A stretch of DNA of 60,140 nt, filler included, from Hausera hauseri (GCA_046269625.1; 11 parts of 11 records of this genome joined end to end with filler, not necessarily neighbours in it), one strand, 5' to 3'. Numbered from the whole stretch's first letter, positions 12,209 to 24,830 are shown. A program made the numbers and translations. Notes: generated by a model not told the origin, from the letters alone.

Positions 12209-15200
12209 CTTCTCATGTTTGATTCGTACAGTTTCTTCACTGACCTTAGGCTTCGTTATGTTCTTAATTCCATCTGTATCTTGCTGCTTCTGTGTGTCTT
12301 CCTCTTTTCTATTATTTATCACTTGGTTCAACTGCTCAATAGTTACTTCTCACATTCCTTCGACTGCTTCAGTAACTCTCTTATATACTCCTCTTTTTCA
12401 TGTACTTTCTCTTTCATTTCTTTCATATTATCTACAACTTGTCGTCGGGATTCTATTAATGCTGCTATTAGCTTCTTGATATCTTCTATTTCTCTATCTT
12501 TCTGCTTGGTAACAGTATGGATTTCTTGAATCTTTGCTTCTATGGCTGCTTCGACTTCTCTTTGTTTCTCCCTTATTTCTTGTACCTGTTTGTCTGTCCT
12601 TATTCCCTCAGCTGTGACTTCCCTAGTGATCAAATTTGTAACTATGTTCTGATCTTCTTCTGACAATATCTCAGGACTTCTTATTCTGATTACATTCATT
12701 CGACAGTTTCACATGGGCATTTCCATGGCCATAATCTGTTTATCGTCGCCCTAATTGTTTTTCTTCAGTACCAACAATTCTTTGCTATTCCATTTGATTA
12801 TTTTCCTGCACTTTCTTCTTTCGCTTCTGTCGTAACGTGGCATGTCTTGCTATTTTTCGTTTTTGGTTCTTGGTCAGCCGAGGTATTTGAGTCTCTAAGT
12901 CTGTTCAGTCTTCGAACCATTTCTTCCATATCCGATGATTCTGAGTCTGCCTCATCTACGTCACAACTTTCCTGTTCTTTCTGTGTGCCTTGGTCATTTT
13001 CTTTGCTGCTGTAACTGACGTTCTCGATATTCTAACCTTTTCTTTCTTTCTAGTAACGGAAGACCACTCTCATTTGATGAGCTACTTATCGTGTTTCTTC
13101 TACTTTTCAACTGTTATTTCCTGGTTTCTTCAAATCTTTTTCTGGCTGCTGCTCTAGTTTTCTGGTACGGGGCTTTAGTTTCTGTTCGTGTCTGTTGACT
13201 CTCTATGTTGGACTCGCTCTCTGTTCTGAACTCTGTTTTTCGTGTGCCCTTTGGTAAGACTAGCGGTGGTATGCATAATTTGTATCTGGAGTCGCTCTCA
13301 GTATTGTCGGATAATTCCGTTCTACTTGCTTCGTTTAACCCTTCAGTATCAGTGTTCTCAGGTGGTATGACATATCTAGACCTTCGTATTCTACCTGTAG
13401 TTTCTGGCTGTCATTCTTTAGTAAAAGACCTGTCTTCTCTTCGTAACTGAGTCATTGTAACTTTCGCTGTTTGTCCTGTAAGTTGGTTGGAAATGCGATT
13501 TGACATTTTTCTATGATGTTATAACCAGGAATCCATTTGTTTTGCATTTTAGAACTCCTTTGATGTTGTCGATAACATACTTTATCTCCAGTTTCAAACT
13601 CTTGATAGACAGCTTTGTTATCACTTCTCTCTTTTCTATTCTGGAAGGACTTTCTAACGTTTCGACTCACTTTCATGGTGATTTCATGGAGCTTCTGAAG
13701 TAAATATTGATGGAAATCGACTCCGTGATATTGGACTCTTGGTCGTAATAACATATCCACCGGGAGTATGGGTTCTCTGCCAAAAATCATCTCATAAGGT
13801 GAGAATTTCCTGCTCCCATTTTCCATCATGAGTAGCGTCATGGCAGCCTGATTCAGATCCCATTCGGCTATTTGATCATTTGCGTATTTTGTTATAACGT
13901 CATATACCACTTTGTGTTGGCGTTCATTTACACCATTAGCACCTGGGTTATAGTATGCAGTAGTTATGTGTTTAATCTTTAACTCCTTCAAGGTGTCTAT
14001 CATCGCTTTGTTCACAATTTCGGTGCCGTTATCCGTAATAATTTCTAAAGGGCATACAAAAACAGGTATACATTTTCCCAATAAGATATCTATGATATTC
14101 TCCGATGCTTTATTCCGTAGTGGGTGCAATTCTGTCCAACAACTGTAAATATCGACAATTTGAAGGATGTAGACATTTCCTGATGCAGTTAAAGGGTGTG
14201 GTCCCGATAGATCTAGACTTACTTTCTCGAATGGAAAATGTGCCTGCGTAGGTTCCTGCATGTGGTGTCTTAATATTTCCATATTTCTTAGACAGTTTGT
14301 GATATATTCAGCGATGGTTTTCTGCATTGTTATCTCTGCTATTTCGTTACTTGCTTTCCGTTTCCAAGAACCTTCCTTTATGTCTTGTAGAACCTTCTGT
14401 CTGTGTATATATATTTGTTCTCGTGCGTCCATGTGGGTCATGCGTTTTTCATTTGCTTGCATTTCACCACTCTCTACCAATCTTTGACTCGACTCTGTAG
14501 ACGCTTTCGGTCTTTCTGATTTGGCAACAATGTATCCTTTTTTCAGCGTGATTATCTTTCCAGTGTGGTTAACTACCATGACTGGGATTTCCCACTTTGT
14601 ATTTAACTGCACTATGCCGTGTACGATTTAGAGACCTGGTTCATCTATGACTGTATCGTCTAATGGTTCTACGTTTAGTACGACACCGTCTTTCCAATAT
14701 TCGCTTCGCTTAATACCAGCCATAATGAGGTTGAATTGGGCTTAAGAACTGCCTGCTGTTCGACCCTTATAATGGAAGCAATATGTATATCATCTTGAAG
14801 ATCCACATACTCATCGTTAATTTTTATTTTCTTTAAGTCAAAATATATTTGAGCGATGATAGCACTCCGAAACATATTTTTGACAATAACGAAGGTGTGT
14901 TTCATCGTGTTTTTCCCTATTCTGACTTCAAGAGTGGCTTTTCCTAAAACATGTAAAGTGCTTCTCGAAACGGAACGAAGGTCGATGTCATAAGGCATTA
15001 ATTTTCATTTATTCTTCAGCAATTTATACACTTAATATTGTAATCTGCGCACCCGTGTCTACAAGGCCTCTGGCGCGTGTTTTATCAAAATATACAATGT
15101 AGGAACTTGGATCTGAGGTATAATTGATTTCATAAGTTCTTTTCTTCATAGTCTGAGGAGTATTAGCTCGTTTGATCTTGAATAGATCAGACGAAGTATG

Positions 15201-16284
15201 ATGGTGTAGGATTCGTGCTTGAGTATTTCCGGATTCGTAACAACTTTATTATCTGTGCTCTGTCTTCTTTCTTGTTGACTATATGCTTGGGAGGGGAATC
15301 CTTGAGTTGGTAGATATTAGGTTTTGGCAATCTGGAACTTATTAGTAATGGGTGGGACATTTCATTTTGCTGTGTTCGTCTTTGTCACTCGATAGTCATG
15401 AACCGTCTTTGTCGTAACCGAAGTGGATTCTCCAACTTACACAGATGCTTCCCGTGTTTTGACATCCTCATTCTTACTCTTCTTTTTTGCTATACCATTT
15501 TCTCTGTTATCGTTCTTCTACTGGAGCTATGGTTTGCGTAATTTCTGACTAGAGGTTGTTGTTCTTTCTTCCGAACACTATCCGCATCTGAATATCGACC
15601 CTGTTTGAACACTATCCGCTTATCCCGTTGAGATGACCTTGCTGTATTTCGCTTTCTTTGACATTCCTGACGTATCTTAGCATCTTTCATTTTGTGGACT
15701 TCCTCCTTTCGTGTCCCAATCTGCCAGAGGTTTACTTCGGAGAGGGTCTCTCGTTGCCAGATCTCGCTTGATCTCTATCTTCCGGTATTGGCACAACATT
15801 GTTTACCTTGCAAAACTTCGCAAAGTGTCCACTATTACCACACCTAAAACAGTTTCTCGATTTGACCACGCTCCTTTCGGATTCATTGGTCTGCTCTCGT
15901 CCGGTTCTGCAATTTCTGGCCATGTGACCATAATATCCGCATCTGTAACATTGTATGTCTCTCAGAACTTCGAAAACCATTCTATGACCATGCGCTGGTT
16001 TCACTCTATATCTATCTCGCTCGTGTGTTCTATCATTCTGTTTATGTCTCAGCTGGTCGACTTCCATAGGATCTTCCTGTCTTTCTTCAACCCTATCTCG
16101 CCCCATCCACAAGTTAACTCGCTTTGAAAAGTTTTCTTCGTCCACGGCAATGTGTATGGCTGCATATATGGAAATGGGTTCGTCTTTCATTAATTTTATG
16201 CGTGTCCGCTTACTTCTTTGACCATCCGTGAAAATGGGTATCAATGCTTTGCCTATAGTTTTCGATGTGATATCTTGTGTGTCA
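12209..16284 (-). mobile_element. Ty3/Gypsy derivative with gag, protease and integrase but no RT/RNase H
   Basis: Two CCHC knuckles in 16244-15732, protease GLVDTGA near 15050-15068, PR-RT linker fused to integrase (SLDLSGP, TDNGTE, AYYNPGANGVNER) in ORF 14612-13452, and downstream coiled-coil ORF 12699-12343. Confidence 0.85.
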
Positions 16285-16384
16285 NNNNNNNNNNNNNNNN
16301 NNNNNNNNNNNNNNNNNNNNNNNNNNNNTTAATTAATTAANNNNNNNNNNNNNNNNNNNNNNNNNNNNNNNNNNNNNNNNNNNN

Positions 16385-17068
16385 TGCATCATGTTGTGCG
16401 TAGTTAGACATTTAGTGCAGAGCTCCCTGAGGTGGATGTGCTGCCTTTCCAACCATGTCAGTGTGTGTGACCATCAGCAAACCTCAACATGTAACGTGCC
16501 AGTGTCGAAGTGTTTTTATTTCTTACTCTGTATTAAAGAAATTACTCTGTATTGTTCTGTATTCTGATGTTTTATGATCTCATTGTATTACATGTATATG
16601 TGAAGCTGACATTTCAATGACCTGATGTACTCTGTAACTATGTGACAAGGTTCGCTTGCATGCACTTGTTTAACATAACAGGAAACATCTGTCGATACCA
16701 GGGTCCAGTCCCACGGTACCTTCTGCAAGAAACTAAGAAGTAATAACTTAAAATGTCAAGATGTTTCCACCACCAACGCATATATTGTTAAGTTTAACCT
16801 GTCCCTATGGAATAGTCACAGTTAAAGTGTCAACTGAAATGTCAATCTTTGAATATGCCCACATCTGCGCATGTGTATAAAAGATGTATGAATGTTTGTG
16901 TGCTTCAGACCAACTTCTCCTGTCTGCAAGAACAGGTCTCTCTTTTGCAAAAGATCATTAAATCAAGCGCTTACTTTAACTAAATGGACTCTATCATTTT
17001 TTACTTAAATATCGTGTTATTTCTTAAACCTTTTTAATATCGTTTTAAAATTACCAACTTCTAAAATT
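16385..17068 (+). repeat. Putative 5' LTR of the ERV (left boundary uncertain)
   Basis: TATAAAA at 16876-16882 and ATTAAA at 16957-16962, immediately followed by the PBS. Confidence 0.65.
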
Positions 17069-17086
17069 TGGCGTCACGAACAGGAT
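17069..17086 (+). promoter_or_regulatory. Primer binding site, tRNA-Ser(CGA)-like
   Basis: TGGCGTCACGAACAGGAT is complementary to ATCCTGTTCGTGACG-CCA, the 3' end of vertebrate tRNA-Ser(CGA) as recalled. Confidence 0.85.
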
Positions 17087-17775
17087 CCATTGAGAGTCCG
17101 TCCGATCCGGCGAGGAATTTTGGACGTCGGCTGATCACCGGGGATTAGTTCCCCCCTCCAACCCTCCGGAGTCATCTTAGGAGTGGGAGGACGTTCTGAT
17201 TCATCACGGAAAGGATCTACTCCACTTGGATTTCGGACAAAAAACAACGTATGTAAAGCCGCTTGACTTTTAATATTTTTTACTTTCACTTTAAACTTTT
17301 GTAAATTCTGAACGAACGAAACAGAATTGAGAAATAAAAATACTGTCATTAACACCGTCGGGGGTTAGATAAAGTGCGACAAACGCGAAAAAAACAAACT
17401 TTAAACAAATAAAAATTAGGTTTTCGTAAGTCAGGGACGATCGCACAAGAATAACACAGACAGTGTAAATTCGCCTAATAAACAGGGGATTGAGAGTAAA
17501 TTAGTCTGAAAAAGACAATTGAGCGTAAGTTCTACTGAACTGAGTGTAAGTTTTTCTAAATGAGGGTAAACTCGAGCAGTTGAGTGTAAGCGTGTTTATG
17601 TGAAGGTGGTGTAGACTCGTTCACGACGTGTTGAGGTAGGTTTGTTCACAGAATAGCTGAAGAGTAAGTTTTTTTAAGAAACTGAGGGTAAATTTGCTTG
17701 AATAAAGGGAATTGAGGGTGATCACGAGGAATAAAACAGATTTAAAAACAGATTAAAAAAAACAACTTAATAACC

Positions 17776-19881
17776 ATGGGAGGAAAAAATAGTATACCAA
17801 CATACATTCCGGTCGGACCGATCGCGGACAAAATGAAAAGATTATACGGTGACTCCTGTATCAGTCTTGTGTCTCAGTGGCATCACAGATTTGGGTTTCC
17901 AGAACATGGATCATTAGATCCTGAGGACATTTTAAACCTTGAATCAGAATTACTTAAACAAAAGCAACTCATGATGAATCAAAATCAAATACCAAAAGAA
18001 CAAATTGTAACAATGAACAAACATGAAGAAATATTTAAGATGTGGAAAACAGAATCACAAAAACTTTTTAATAAAACAGAATCTAAGATCTTACAAATGA
18101 CCCAGAAACTGGAACAGCTCACCGCACAAACTGACAAGGTGTGTAAGAAAAACAAACAGATTAAAACAAATAAAACTGAACATCAGGACTTGTCTTCACC
18201 CATGTCTGTTTCTTCTGTTTTTTCCACATGTACGCCTGAGCCTCGAGGACCCACTCATCCGACTGTTCCACCAGTTTCACTGTATCCTTCACTCACAAAC
18301 TTGAATCCTCCTCCTTATTATCAAAACAAATTGTCACCCTGGACTGTAACTGCTGACGACGATTATCCATTCAGACCAAACAATCCATTCGTGCAGGGGC
18401 CGGGGCCGCAGAATGTGTTGGTCCAAGACCCACCGCCCCCTCCTCCACCCAGGGCCTCTCTCCAAGCGCCTGACACTACCACACTCTCCCTTGGGGCCAC
18501 TCCAAAAAAACGCTCCTCACAACGATTAGAAAGGAAAGAACAAGACAAGGAAATCAAACGCCTTGAAAAAGAAGTATTCAAAAGAACAACAGAGCTGAAG
18601 ATACTTCAAGAACAACATCAAGACTCATCCACTGACTCAGGTGACGATGAAAACAACACCTCATTCTCCTCCTCATGTCCCACTTCTTTTCACTCACCAG
18701 GTGCAGGCCCCATCATCAACATGCCGATGATGGAAGTGGCTGGACCGGATGGAGCGCAGTTAGTGTTCAGAACTTGGCCACTCACAGACTTGAAGGACCT
18801 GGCCAAACAACACCTGCCGGACCAGGCTGCAGGAGGACAAGAGATAAGTACTGCACTTACAGTTCTTGTACAGACTTTACGTCCCACCCTCACCGAGCTA
18901 AAACTGATGTTGTCAACTGTCTACGGAGTGACATTTGTGTCACGCGTGGGAGGACACTTGTTTGACACACCAGCTGCTCAGCGGCTGCTGAGAGTTGACT
19001 ACACTCACGCAGACAACCAACCATATCAACAAGCCATCACTGCTATTTGTCGAAAAATTCAGCAGGTGTACCCACCACGTCCAACATATAGCAAAATAGT
19101 TGACACAAAGCAAGAGACACAAGAATCACCTCAAGACTACTTGGAGCGATTGCTCCCAGTTTTCCGTGCACACTCTGGCATTGTTCCTCCACGAGAGGAT
19201 AATTGGAGAGAAGAGGCACAAGCCACAGCCTATGAGACTATGCTGTGTCAGAACTTTATCACAGGCCTCTTGCCTTCAGTGCGCGCTCTTGTACAAAAGT
19301 CATATGTTGGGCTTGAGGACGAACTCCGCCTCAATGAACTTTTACGCCACGCCCGACACGCTTGGCGTCACAGACCTGCTGAAAACACTCTACAGAAAAA
19401 GAACAAAAGTGACACTGGTCCACTCACCATGCTACACACCACTCCAGCACCACCACCTCGCCCTGCTCCTGCCATCACAGTCACACCTCTTTCACCAACA
19501 CAGTATGGCCCACCCATACCACCGACCCAGTCACAAGCTTGTTTTATTTGTGGAGGTTTTGACCACTGGGCACGTGACTGCCCAGCCAAAAGAGCCAACA
19601 GACAGATGCGAGGACATGATGGCCCACGCAGAGGTGCTTACAACCCCCCTCGCTACCTTGTCCCATCACAAGCCCATTATCAACCCCCACTACCCCCACC
19701 ACCTCCTCCGCCCCCATATCCCCAACAATTTCAACCCATTTCTCTACAATATATGCCACAACCATCTCACTATGGCCCTACCTATGCCCTACCTGCTGGT
19801 CCACCCCCCCATCAGCAGTATGCCCCACCAAGACAGGGCCCACCCAGAGGCAGAGGTGGCCACAGAAATCAGTCCACCTGA
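17776..19881 (+). CDS. gag: Retroviral Gag polyprotein
   Basis: 701 aa intact ORF: MGG N-terminus, PPPY motifs, major homology region KQETQESPQDYLERL, CFICGGFDHWARDC knuckle, Pro-rich tail. Confidence 0.93.
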   Translation: MGGKNSIPTYIPVGPIADKMKRLYGDSCISLVSQWHHRFGFPEHGSLDPEDILNLESELLKQKQLMMNQNQIPKEQIVTMNKHEEIFKMWKTESQKLFNKTESKILQMTQKLEQLTAQTDKVCKKNKQIKTNKTEHQDLSSPMSVSSVFSTCTPEPRGPTHPTVPPVSLYPSLTNLNPPPYYQNKLSPWTVTADDDYPFRPNNPFVQGPGPQNVLVQDPPPPPPPRASLQAPDTTTLSLGATPKKRSSQRLERKEQDKEIKRLEKEVFKRTTELKILQEQHQDSSTDSGDDENNTSFSSSCPTSFHSPGAGPIINMPMMEVAGPDGAQLVFRTWPLTDLKDLAKQHLPDQAAGGQEISTALTVLVQTLRPTLTELKLMLSTVYGVTFVSRVGGHLFDTPAAQRLLRVDYTHADNQPYQQAITAICRKIQQVYPPRPTYSKIVDTKQETQESPQDYLERLLPVFRAHSGIVPPREDNWREEAQATAYETMLCQNFITGLLPSVRALVQKSYVGLEDELRLNELLRHARHAWRHRPAENTLQKKNKSDTGPLTMLHTTPAPPPRPAPAITVTPLSPTQYGPPIPPTQSQACFICGGFDHWARDCPAKRANRQMRGHDGPRRGAYNPPRYLVPSQAHYQPPLPPPPPPPPYPQQFQPISLQYMPQPSHYGPTYALPAGPPPHQQYAPPRQGPPRGRGGHRNQST

Positions 19882-22211
19882 CTAGAAACAGGGAGTGATG
19901 AGGATGGGTCCCGAGGTCAACTCCCAGGTGTACACACACTGACACCTCCTGACACACCCATACCGCCCACACACACCTACTTTAAATACACCCAAGCACC
20001 GCACAGGAAGCAAACTTTGCTGGCAGTCACAGTCGAGGGAGTCCCACTGGACTTCCTTGTTGACTCAGGAGCCACACAGTCTCTGATACAGTATGCCTGT
20101 CTTCCCCATGCTCCTTCTAGTGGACAGACTGTCCGCTCTACAGGTGCATCTGGAACAACTGTCATAGAATGTGTCACTGCCCCTTTAACACTTACAGACC
20201 CTTTCAGTTATGACACTCTGAAACACCAGTTCTTACATTCAAGATCATGTCCTGTTAATCTTTTAGCACGCGATCTGATTCTGAAAATGAACCTGACCAT
20301 TTCATGTTCACCTGAGGGACTCGTGGTCTCGAGGAACGTTGACACTATGTTCTCTGACGGCCCTGATGTCCTTTACGTGTATGAATGGTTATTGACTGAC
20401 CAAGACTTAAACAAACATCTTATCCAACAGGCAGTACAGAGGGTGTCACCCACCCACACTGTCATGTTCCCTGAACGGCTCCACTGCACAGCACATGTGG
20501 CTCCCAACACCACTGATGACTTAGGCAGTTGGTTTATGCAGACAACACCCACTGGACTACAGATTACAGACATTTGTTGGACTAACACTTGCTGTTTTCT
20601 TCTTGTAGAACTAACCACTGAACAACACGAAGCCTTTACTGTTGAAGGCTCATTTCCACATGTTTCCTTGACACGCTTATCAGATGTCCAGTGGTCACAC
20701 CTAGGTACATCAGCATTGTCTGCCAAAGATGCTTCAGATTGGCAACAAGTTTTTCCAGGCTGTCAGTTCTCTCCTTCTCTCGCCATGTACAAACAGCCAT
20801 TGCATTTCTTCACTCCTACAGCACCACACCTTGAAGTGATTGACAAAACCCCTCTCTGACAACACATGACACTGTTGGCTTTAGACGACTCTCGTTTATC
20901 AGCTGTTCCTACTACACTCTGGGCAAAAACAAAATATGACGTAGGTTTAATACAACATCAAGAACCAATCCACATCACACCCAAATCATCTTATCGCCCA
21001 AAGATAGCACAGTACCCCCTAAAACCAGAAGCAGTGGAAGGAATCACACCTGTTTTTCATTCCTTGTTGGAAGCAGGCGTGATCGTTCCCTGCCCCACTT
21101 CCCCTGTCAGGACCTCCATTTTCCCCGTTAAAAAGATCCGCCCAACACCACCCGATGAATGGCGTTTTGTCCAAGACTTGAGAGCTGTTAACGCAGCTGT
21201 CCAGGCTAGAGCACCGATTGTTCCAAATCCCTATGTCATCTTGTCACAAATTCCGACAGGTTCTACCTATTTCTCAGTTATTGACTTGGCAAATGCTTTC
21301 TTTTCAGTTCCTGTCCACGAGGATAGTCAGTTTTGGTTTGCTTTTGAGTTTTTAGGTAAGTCCTACACTTTCACCCGCCTCTGCCAAGGCTACTGCGAAT
21401 CTCCAACAATCTTTCATGCTGCTCTAAATGACATCTTAGAAAAGTTCACTTTACCACCCACCTGTGCATTGTTACAATATGTTGATGACTTACTTCTGGC
21501 AACGCCAGACCAACACACTTGCGAAACACAAACAATCCGCCTCCTGCAGTTTCTAGCTCAGGAAGGCCACAAAACATCTTTGTCCAAACTGCAGTTTGTT
21601 TTGCCTGAGGTCACTTTTCTGGGACACAAGATCACCGCTAATGGTAGGGAACTTGCTAATACTCGCGTTGCAGCCATCGTTTCCTTGCCTCTGCCAGTCA
21701 CTAAAAAACAGCTAATGTCTTTCTTAGGACTTTGTGGCTATTGCAGACATTTCATTCCAAACTATGCAGAACTAGAGGGTCCGCTTAGATCCATCTGTCA
21801 TGAAAAAGGCCTTCAAATGAGCTCCAAAGTTACCTGGTCTGACTCAGCAGCCTCTGCTTTTGAGACTCTGAAAAGACAACTACAAACAGCACCTACCCTG
21901 GGCATTCCAGATCCACACCGTCCTTTTATCCAGACAGTGGATGAAAAGGGAGGTTGCATGACTTCAGTTTTGCTACAAAAACATGGTGACCGGCTCAAAC
22001 CAGTTGCATATTTTTCAGCAAAACTTGATCCAGTCGCAGCAGGTTTACCTTTATGTTTGCGCGCTGTGGCTGCCGCAGAAAAATCAGTTTTGGCCAGTAG
22101 AGACATTGTGGGATACTCTGATTTGACCTTGCTGGTACCACACTCTGTCACACACATTCTAAACGAACAAAAGACAGCTCACCTGTCTACTGCGCGATGG
22201 TTAAGGTACCA
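19882..22211 (+). CDS. pol: Retroviral Pol (protease, 2H phosphoesterase, RT, connection), truncated by contig end, one internal TGA at 20857
   Basis: Same frame as gag. FLVDSGA, VNLLARDL, LHCT/PHVSL, WRFVQDLRAVN, IDLANAFFS, YVDD. Confidence 0.9.
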
Positions 22212-22311
22212 NNNNNNNNNNNNNNNNNNNNNNNNNNNNNNNNNNNNNNNNNNNNTTAATTAATTAANNNNNNNNNNNNNNNNNNNNNNNNNNNNNNNNN
22301 NNNNNNNNNNN

Positions 22312-24830
22312 AACCTAGCTTCCTCAAAGTTTCGAGATCTTGAATTGAGATTTCGTCAATAGGTTTAGCCGTTAAATATTGGACTCCTTCTAGTCGGATA
22401 TTTAATAATCTAGGGTAAAAATTACAAGTCACAATTCGCTTTTTTGTAATGTTTATTCAATTATTTTATATATTTCTTTCAATATCACCGTTTTTTGTTT
22501 TCTTTTCATAAAATTTATTTGCCGTAATGTGTCGAATTGAGTCCGGATATCTACTTCCGCTCTCATTGTATCGAAGTTACGTGCACTTTCCTCTAATTGT
22601 CTCTTAATCGTAGGTTTGCTTTCTGGAAATTCCTTGATACGGTTTTTCACTAATTTGCTTAGTTTCGATATTAATTAGGACCATTCATGCGATTGGTTAG
22701 CTATTATAGGTTTTGTTAATTTCGCCTAGTGTAACATTTTATAAGCATCCTTTAATTCATCGTCTGGACCTTTTATGAATTTCATAATCCGGCTGGCATA
22801 ATTGAACTCATTTTTATATTCATCGAATTCTATGATGCAATTTTTTATTACATATCTAGTTTCTTCGTTATTCATAAACGTAATTCGATTTCTCAAACTA
22901 CCTATCTGTGATCTCTTTTCATTCTCCATTTTAATATGATTCTCTAAATTCGTATATTGTTTAGGTACGGCGAAGGCAATTTTTGTCATCTCCGTTAAGG
23001 GAGGAATGTCTGCAGGGTCTATACCCAATATTTCTAAATTGATATCCCTTCGATTGCTAACCGTTTCTTCCCTAAGTAGATTTTCGAATTTCATCCATCA
23101 TGCGTTCTAAATTACGGACTACTCTCTTCAATTTGGGATTAGCTTCTAATGTAGATAATAACGCTTGAGCTTTAGCTACCTTTACATCAACACTGTCTTC
23201 ATTTTTACTTCCTCCTTCCGAGAACTCAATTCCACTTTTAATCCATGATTATAATTCACGTTTCTATTTTATTACCGTTTCAGGTGGCCCCTCTTCAGGT
23301 TGTCTTAAGTCGATTGCTTCATCGACATTTCCTTCACTACATAATTTCAAACTTTTATATAACCTTACCGCAAACTGTTGCTTTTTACCGGATATATCTA
23401 CTTTTTCACTAATCTGCTTAAGCCCTTCCAAATTCTGCTGCAGTATTTCTGGATCGTGGCATCTAATTCTCATTTTCTTTAATTCATCGTCATTTTTCCA
23501 CGAACGTCGGACTTTCCATTTCTCCCTTTTTCTGGTTTCTTTCTTACTAGCTAAAAGTGGGCAAACCTCATTAATCTCATCAATCGACTCTGTAGTCTTG
23601 TCCACCTTGATGGGTGTAAATTGACCAATTTCCGGTGTATTCAAGCTAAATTCTACGTCACTGTCTATAACGATTTTCGTATACTTCATTTCTTCTGATT
23701 TTTCTCTAGTTACGTGATATCGCGAACGACTTCTACGTTTTTGTTTAAGTGAAGGGCCACGGCCTCTGTTTTTCGTAATTTTAAGTATTATTGGTTCCAT
23801 AAATTCCTTTTCTGCTATCTCATCATCAGTAATTTTGTCTACTTTGTCAACCGTGAACTCAAGCTCTGCATCTAAGTCGACTTCTGTCGAAGATCCTGGT
23901 TTATCTATCGTTTTATTAATTATCGGAATACTCTTACCGCGTCATATCAATTCGTTTTGGTGCTATAGAATGCTCATATTCAGTTTCTGGTTCTGCTAAG
24001 TCATGATACACTTCTAATAATCTTAGCTTATCTCCGTATTCTTTTCTGGACATGAGAATCTGTGGATTACTTGTCTCAGGCTGAGAATATAAAAGTTTTC
24101 GCAAATCCTCTATGTCGATAATAGTACCTTTGTCTCCACAAACACCATATTTCGCTTCTAAGTTCTCGTTGACTTTAATCATACTAGTCTTGTTAGGCTC
24201 GGTGAATGAGATTCTCCGCGGGTTGGGACATGACCTTGAAATGTGTCCCTCTTTACCGCAAATAAAACAAACTAAATTTCCATTCCTTCCGACTCTGTCG
24301 ACCGTCCTCATTTACAGGGGACTTAAATCTATTTGTGCTTCTATTGTACTGGTTCGGCGAACTTTGTGTACTATCTACATTTCGTCGACTATCATTATTT
24401 CGATTATCATCGTAACGATTTTGATAGTTGCAGCTTTTGTAGTTTCCTCGATTTTTATGCGTACTTGGATTCGACTTATTCATATTTCTATCGCTAGCAT
24501 AATTATTGTTTCGACTATTCGTGTAGTCGTTATTACTATTTCTACTTTCATAATTTCTATTAAATCGTCTATCACCTCTTCAGCGATTATCATTCCGATT
24601 CCTATCGCTATGATCATTCCAGTTATTATTTCTATCATTTCTATCATTGTGTCTGGCATATCTATCGAGTACGATTTCTAAATCTTGGGCCAATTTAAAC
24701 TCCTTTCAAAATTCTGAGGTCTAGCCAAAATCAACTGTTTTACTAAATCTCGGGTCCAAATTAATTGCGTCGTCATCATGACATCCAAGTCTGGAGGGGT
24801 TGCCTTTTCTGCGATATTCCTGAGATATTC
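22312..24830 (-). mobile_element. Degenerate retrotransposon gag with long C-terminal extension (copy X)
   Basis: AEKATPPDLDVMMTT, N/R/D-rich low complexity, CFICGKEGHISRSC, then ORFs 23800-22453 homologous to 30307-28616. Confidence 0.8.

Larger units (their letters stand above)
16385..22211 (+). mobile_element. Fish-type (epsilon-like/class I) endogenous retrovirus, 5' half
   Basis: LTR-like region, PBS, gag with N-terminal MG, late-domain prolines and one CCHC, in-frame pol with DSG protease, RT (LCQGYCESP, YVDDLLLA) and connection region FSAKLDPVAAGLPLCLRAVAA typical of gamma/epsilon-like retroviruses. Confidence 0.93.

Noticed and set aside
17491-17692. CRISPR-like repeat/spacer appearance
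   Set aside because: Repeats are only 10 nt and degenerate, inside a retroviral leader, with no cas genes.
19100-19885. 261-aa alternative-frame ORF overlapping gag
   Set aside because: Non-ATG start, no motif; explained by the stop-poor C/A-rich gag sequence.
24112-24681. Ile/Ser/Val-rich hydrophobic plus-strand ORF (also 30752-31030)
   Set aside because: Antisense shadow of the N/R/D-rich low-complexity gag segment.
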